From the NCBI RefSeq assembly GCF_006345805.1, contig NW_021826001.1:1-13721 (forward strand): 13,721 nucleotides of DNA. Reading direction: 5' to 3'. Within the stretch, counting starts at the first letter, position 1. Each line of letters opens with the position of its first letter. Position numbers and translations under genes: made by a program. This stretch comes from Octopus sinensis. Taxonomy: Eukaryota. The notes under the pieces are model-generated. The model worked only from the letters and a program-made list of their open reading frames with translations. It searched no databases and was not told where the DNA came from. Below are positions 10,001 through 13,721 of this stretch, in pieces.

Positions 10001-13000
10001 TTACCATTCTGTTGTCCAAACTAGCTATAGTCCTATATTAATCCGTAGCAGTTGATTGTTACCATTCTGTGTCAAACTAGCTATAGTCCTATATTTAATC
10101 CATAGCAGTTGATTGTTACCATTCTGTTGTCCAAACTAGCTATAGTCCTATATTAATCCGTAGCAGTTGATTGTTACCATTCTGTTGTCCAAACTAGCTA
10201 TAGTCCTATATTTAATCCGTAGCAGTTTGCAGTTTGTTGTTACCATTAGGTTGTCCCAAACTAGCTATAGTCCTATATTTAATCCGTAGCAGTTGATTGT
10301 TACATTCTGTGTCCAAACTAGCTATAGTCCTATATTTAATCCGTAGCATAGCAGTTGATTGTTACCATTCTGTTGTCCAAGCTAGCTATAGTCCTATATT
10401 TAATCCGTAGCAGTTGATTGTTGCCATTCTGTTGTCCAAGCTAGCTATAGTCCTATTTAATCCGTAGCAGTTGATTGTTGCCATTCTGTTGTCCAAGCTA
10501 GCTATAGTCCTATATTTAATCCGTAGCAGTTGATTGTGCCATTCTGTGTCCAAGCTAGCTATAGTCCTATATTTAACGTAGCAGTTGATTGTTGCCATTC
10601 TGTTGTCCAAGCTAGCTATAGTCCTATATTTAATCCGTAGCAGTTGATTGTTGCCATTCTGTTGTCCAAGCTAGCTATAGTCCTATATTTAATCCGTAGC
10701 AGTTGATTGTTGCCATTCTGTTGTCCAAGCTAGCTATAGTCCTATATTTAATCCGTAGCAGTTGATTGTTGCCATTCTGTTGTCCAAGCTAGCTATAGTC
10801 CTATATTAATCCGTAGCAGTTGATTGTTGCCATTCTGTGTCAAAGCTATAGTCCCTTTAATAGTATTTATGATTATTGTTTATTTTTTAATTTATTTTTG
10901 TTTTTTTTTCTATTGTTTACTTTATTTCCAGTCCTATATTTAATCCGTAGCAGTTGATTGTTGCCATTCTGTTGTCCAAGCTAGCTATAGTCCTATATTT
11001 AATCCGTAGCAGTTGATTGTTGCCATTCTGTTGTCCAAGCTAGCTATAGTCCTATATTTAATCCGTAGCAGTTGATTGTTGCCATTCTGTTGTCCAAGCT
11101 AGCTATAGTCCTATATTTAATCCGTAGCAGTTGATTGTTGCCATTCTGTTGTCCAAGCTAGCTATAGTCCTATATTTAATCCGTAGCAGTTGATTGTTGC
11201 CATTCTGTTGTCCAAGCTAGCTATAGTCCTATATTTAATCCGTAGCAGTTGATTGTTGCCATTCTGTTGTCCAAGCTAGCTATAGTCCTATATTTAATCC
11301 GTAGCAGTTGATTGTTGCCATTCTGTTGTCCAACTAGCTATAGTCCTATATTAATCCGTAGCAGTTGATTGTTGCCATTCTGTTGTCCAAGCTAGCTATA
11401 GTCCTATATTTAATCCGTAGCAGTTGATTGTTGCCATTCTGTTGTCCAAACTAGCTATAGTCTATATTAATCCGTAGCAGTTGATTGTTGCCATTCGTTG
11501 TCCAAACTAGCTATAGTCCTATATTTAATCCGTAGCAGTTGATTGTTGCCATTCTGTGTCCAAATAGCTATAGTCCTAATTTAATCCGTAGCAGTTGATT
11601 GTTGCCATTCTGTGTCCAAACTAGCTATAGTCCTATATTTAATCCGTAGCAGTTGATTGTTGCCATTCTGTTGTCCAAACTAGCTATAGTCCTATATTTA
11701 ATCCGTAGCAGTTGATGTTGCCATTCTGTTGTCCAAACTAGCTATAGTCCTATATTTAATCCGTAGCAGTTGATTGTTGCCATTCTGTCGTCCAAACAAG
11801 CTATAGTCCTATATTTAATCCGTAGCAGTTGATTGTTGCCATTCTGTTGTCCAAACTAGCTATAGTCCTATATTTAATCCGTAGCTGTTGATTGTTGCCA
11901 TTCTGTTGTCCAAACTAGCTATAGTCCTATATTTAATCCGTAGCAGTTGATTGTTGCCATTCTGTTGTCCAAACTAGCTATAGTCCTATATTTAATCCAT
12001 AGCAGTTGATTGTTGCCATTCTGTTGTCCAAACTAGCTATAGTCCTATATTTAATCCGTAGCAGTTGATTTTTGCCATTCTGTCGTCCAAACTAGCTATA
12101 GTCCTATATTTAATCCGTAGCAGTTGATTGTTGCCATTCTGTCGTCCAAACTAGCTATAGTCCTATATTTAATCCGTAGCAGTTGATTGTTGCCATTCTG
12201 TTGTCCAAACTAGCTATAGTCCTATATTTAATCCGTAGCAGTTGATTGTTGCCATTCTGTTGTCCAAGCTAGCTATAGTCCTATATTTAATCCGTAGCAG
12301 TTGATTGTTGCCATTCTGTTGTCCAAACTAGCTATAGTCCTATATTTAATCCGTAGCAGTTGATTGTTGCCATTCTGTTGTCCAAACTAGCTATAGTCCT
12401 ATATTTAATCCGTAGCTGTTGATTGTTGCCATTCTGTTGTCCAAACTAGCTATAGTCCTATATTTAATCCGTAGCAGTTGATTGTTGCCATTCTGTTCTC
12501 CAAACTAGCTATAGTCCTATATTTAATCCGTAGCAGTTGATTGTTGCCATTCTGTTGTCCAAACTAGCTATAGTCCTATATTTAATCCGTAGCAGTTGAT
12601 TGTTGCCATTCTGTTGTCCAAACTAGCTATAGTCCTATATTTAATCCGTAGCAGTTGATTGTTGCCATTCTGTTCTCCAAACTAGCTATAGTCCTATATT
12701 TAATCCGTAGCAGTTGATTGTTGACATTCTGTTGTCCAAACTAGCTATAGTCCTATATTTAATCCGTAGCAGTTGATTTTTGCCATTCTGTCGTCCAAAC
12801 TAGCTATAGTCCTACATTTAATCCGTAGCAGTTGATTTTTGCCATTCTGTCGTCCAAACTAGCTATAGTCCTATATTTAATCCGTAGCAGTTGATTGTTG
12901 CCATTCTGTCGTCCAAGCTAGCTATAGTCCTATATTTAATCCGTAGCAGTTGATTGTTGCCATTCTGTCGTCCAAGCTAGCTATAGTCCTATATTTAATC

Positions 13001-13721
13001 CGTAGCAGTTGATTGTTGCCATTCTGTTGTCCAAGCTAGCTATAGTCCTATATTTAATCCGTAGCAGTTGATTGTTGCCATTCTGTTGTCCAAACTAGCT
13101 ATAGTCCTATATTTAATCTAGCAGTTGATTGTTGCCATTCTGTTGTCCAAGCTAGCTATAGTCCGATATTTAATCCGTCGCAGTTGATTGTGTGCCATTC
13201 TGTTGTCCAAACTAGCTATAGTCCTATATTAATCCGTAGCAGTTGATTGTTGCCATTCTGTTGTCCAAACTAGCTATAGTCCTATATTTAATCCGTATCA
13301 GTTGATTGTTGCCATTCTGTTGTCCAAACTAGCTATAGTCCTATATTTAATCCGTAGCATTGATGTTGCCATTCTGTTCTGTCCAAACTCTATAGTCCTA
13401 TATTTAATCCATAGCAGTTGATTGTTGACATTCTGTTGTCCAAACTAGCTATAGTCCTATATTTAATCCGTAGCAGTTGATTTTTGCCATTCTGTCGTCC
13501 AAACTAGCTATAGTCCTACATTTAATCCGTAGCAGTTGATTGTTGCCATTCTGTCGTCCAAACTAGCTATAGTCCTATATTTAATCCGTAGCAGTTGATT
13601 GTTGCCATTCTGTCGTCCAAACTAGCTATAGTCCTATATTTAATCCGTAGCAGTTGATTGTTGCCATTCTGTCGTCCAAACTAGCTATAGTCCTATATTT
13701 AATCCGTAGCAGTTGATTGTT
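7034..13721. repeat. 59-bp tandem satellite array, ~113 copies, truncated by window end; consensus TATTTAATCCGTAGCAGTTGATTGTT(A/G)CCATTCTGTTGTCCAA(A/G)CTAGCTATAGTCCTA
   Basis: Directly visible. The pattern shifts by 1 nt per 60-nt line, and diagnostic variants recur at exact multiples of 59 (11881 to 12412 = 531; 12067 to 12775 = 708). There are no unique spacers and stops occur in all frames. Confidence 0.98.
10855..10929. other. ~75-bp T-rich interruption of the satellite array
   Basis: Non-monomer sequence CTTTAATAGTATTTATGATT...TTTACTTTATTTCC lies between two AGTCC (10850-10854 and 10930-10934). Confidence 0.85.

Noticed and set aside
10386-10610. 74-aa minus-strand ORF with repeated DNRMATINCY
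   Set aside because: 59 is not a multiple of 3 and the monomer has stops on both strands. The ORF survives only through local indels, which are probably sequencing errors.
7034-13721. CRISPR array
   Set aside because: The repeats are contiguous with no unique spacers, no cas genes are present, and the context is eukaryotic.

Overview
Eukaryotic, AT-rich, repeat-dominated non-coding DNA. The repeat families look like octopus/coleoid ones (recognised from memory, not database-confirmed). 1-6050 is a mosaic of (TA)n/(CA)n/(CT)n/(ATC)n microsatellites and about ten decayed copies of two tRNA-SINE-like families in both orientations. About 6060-7030 (minus strand) may be a heavily decayed Tc1/mariner-type transposase. 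From 7034 to the window end is a >6.6 kb tandem array of a 59-bp monomer (~113 copies, running off the end). The array has ordered variant domains, a ~12-monomer (708 bp) higher-order period distally and one ~75-bp T-rich interruption. No intact protein-coding gene, rRNA, tRNA or CRISPR array can be supported; most listed ORFs are microsatellite or satellite artefacts. I see no evidence for a novel coding system. The most interesting structure is the internal architecture of the satellite and its junction with the putative transposon remnant.
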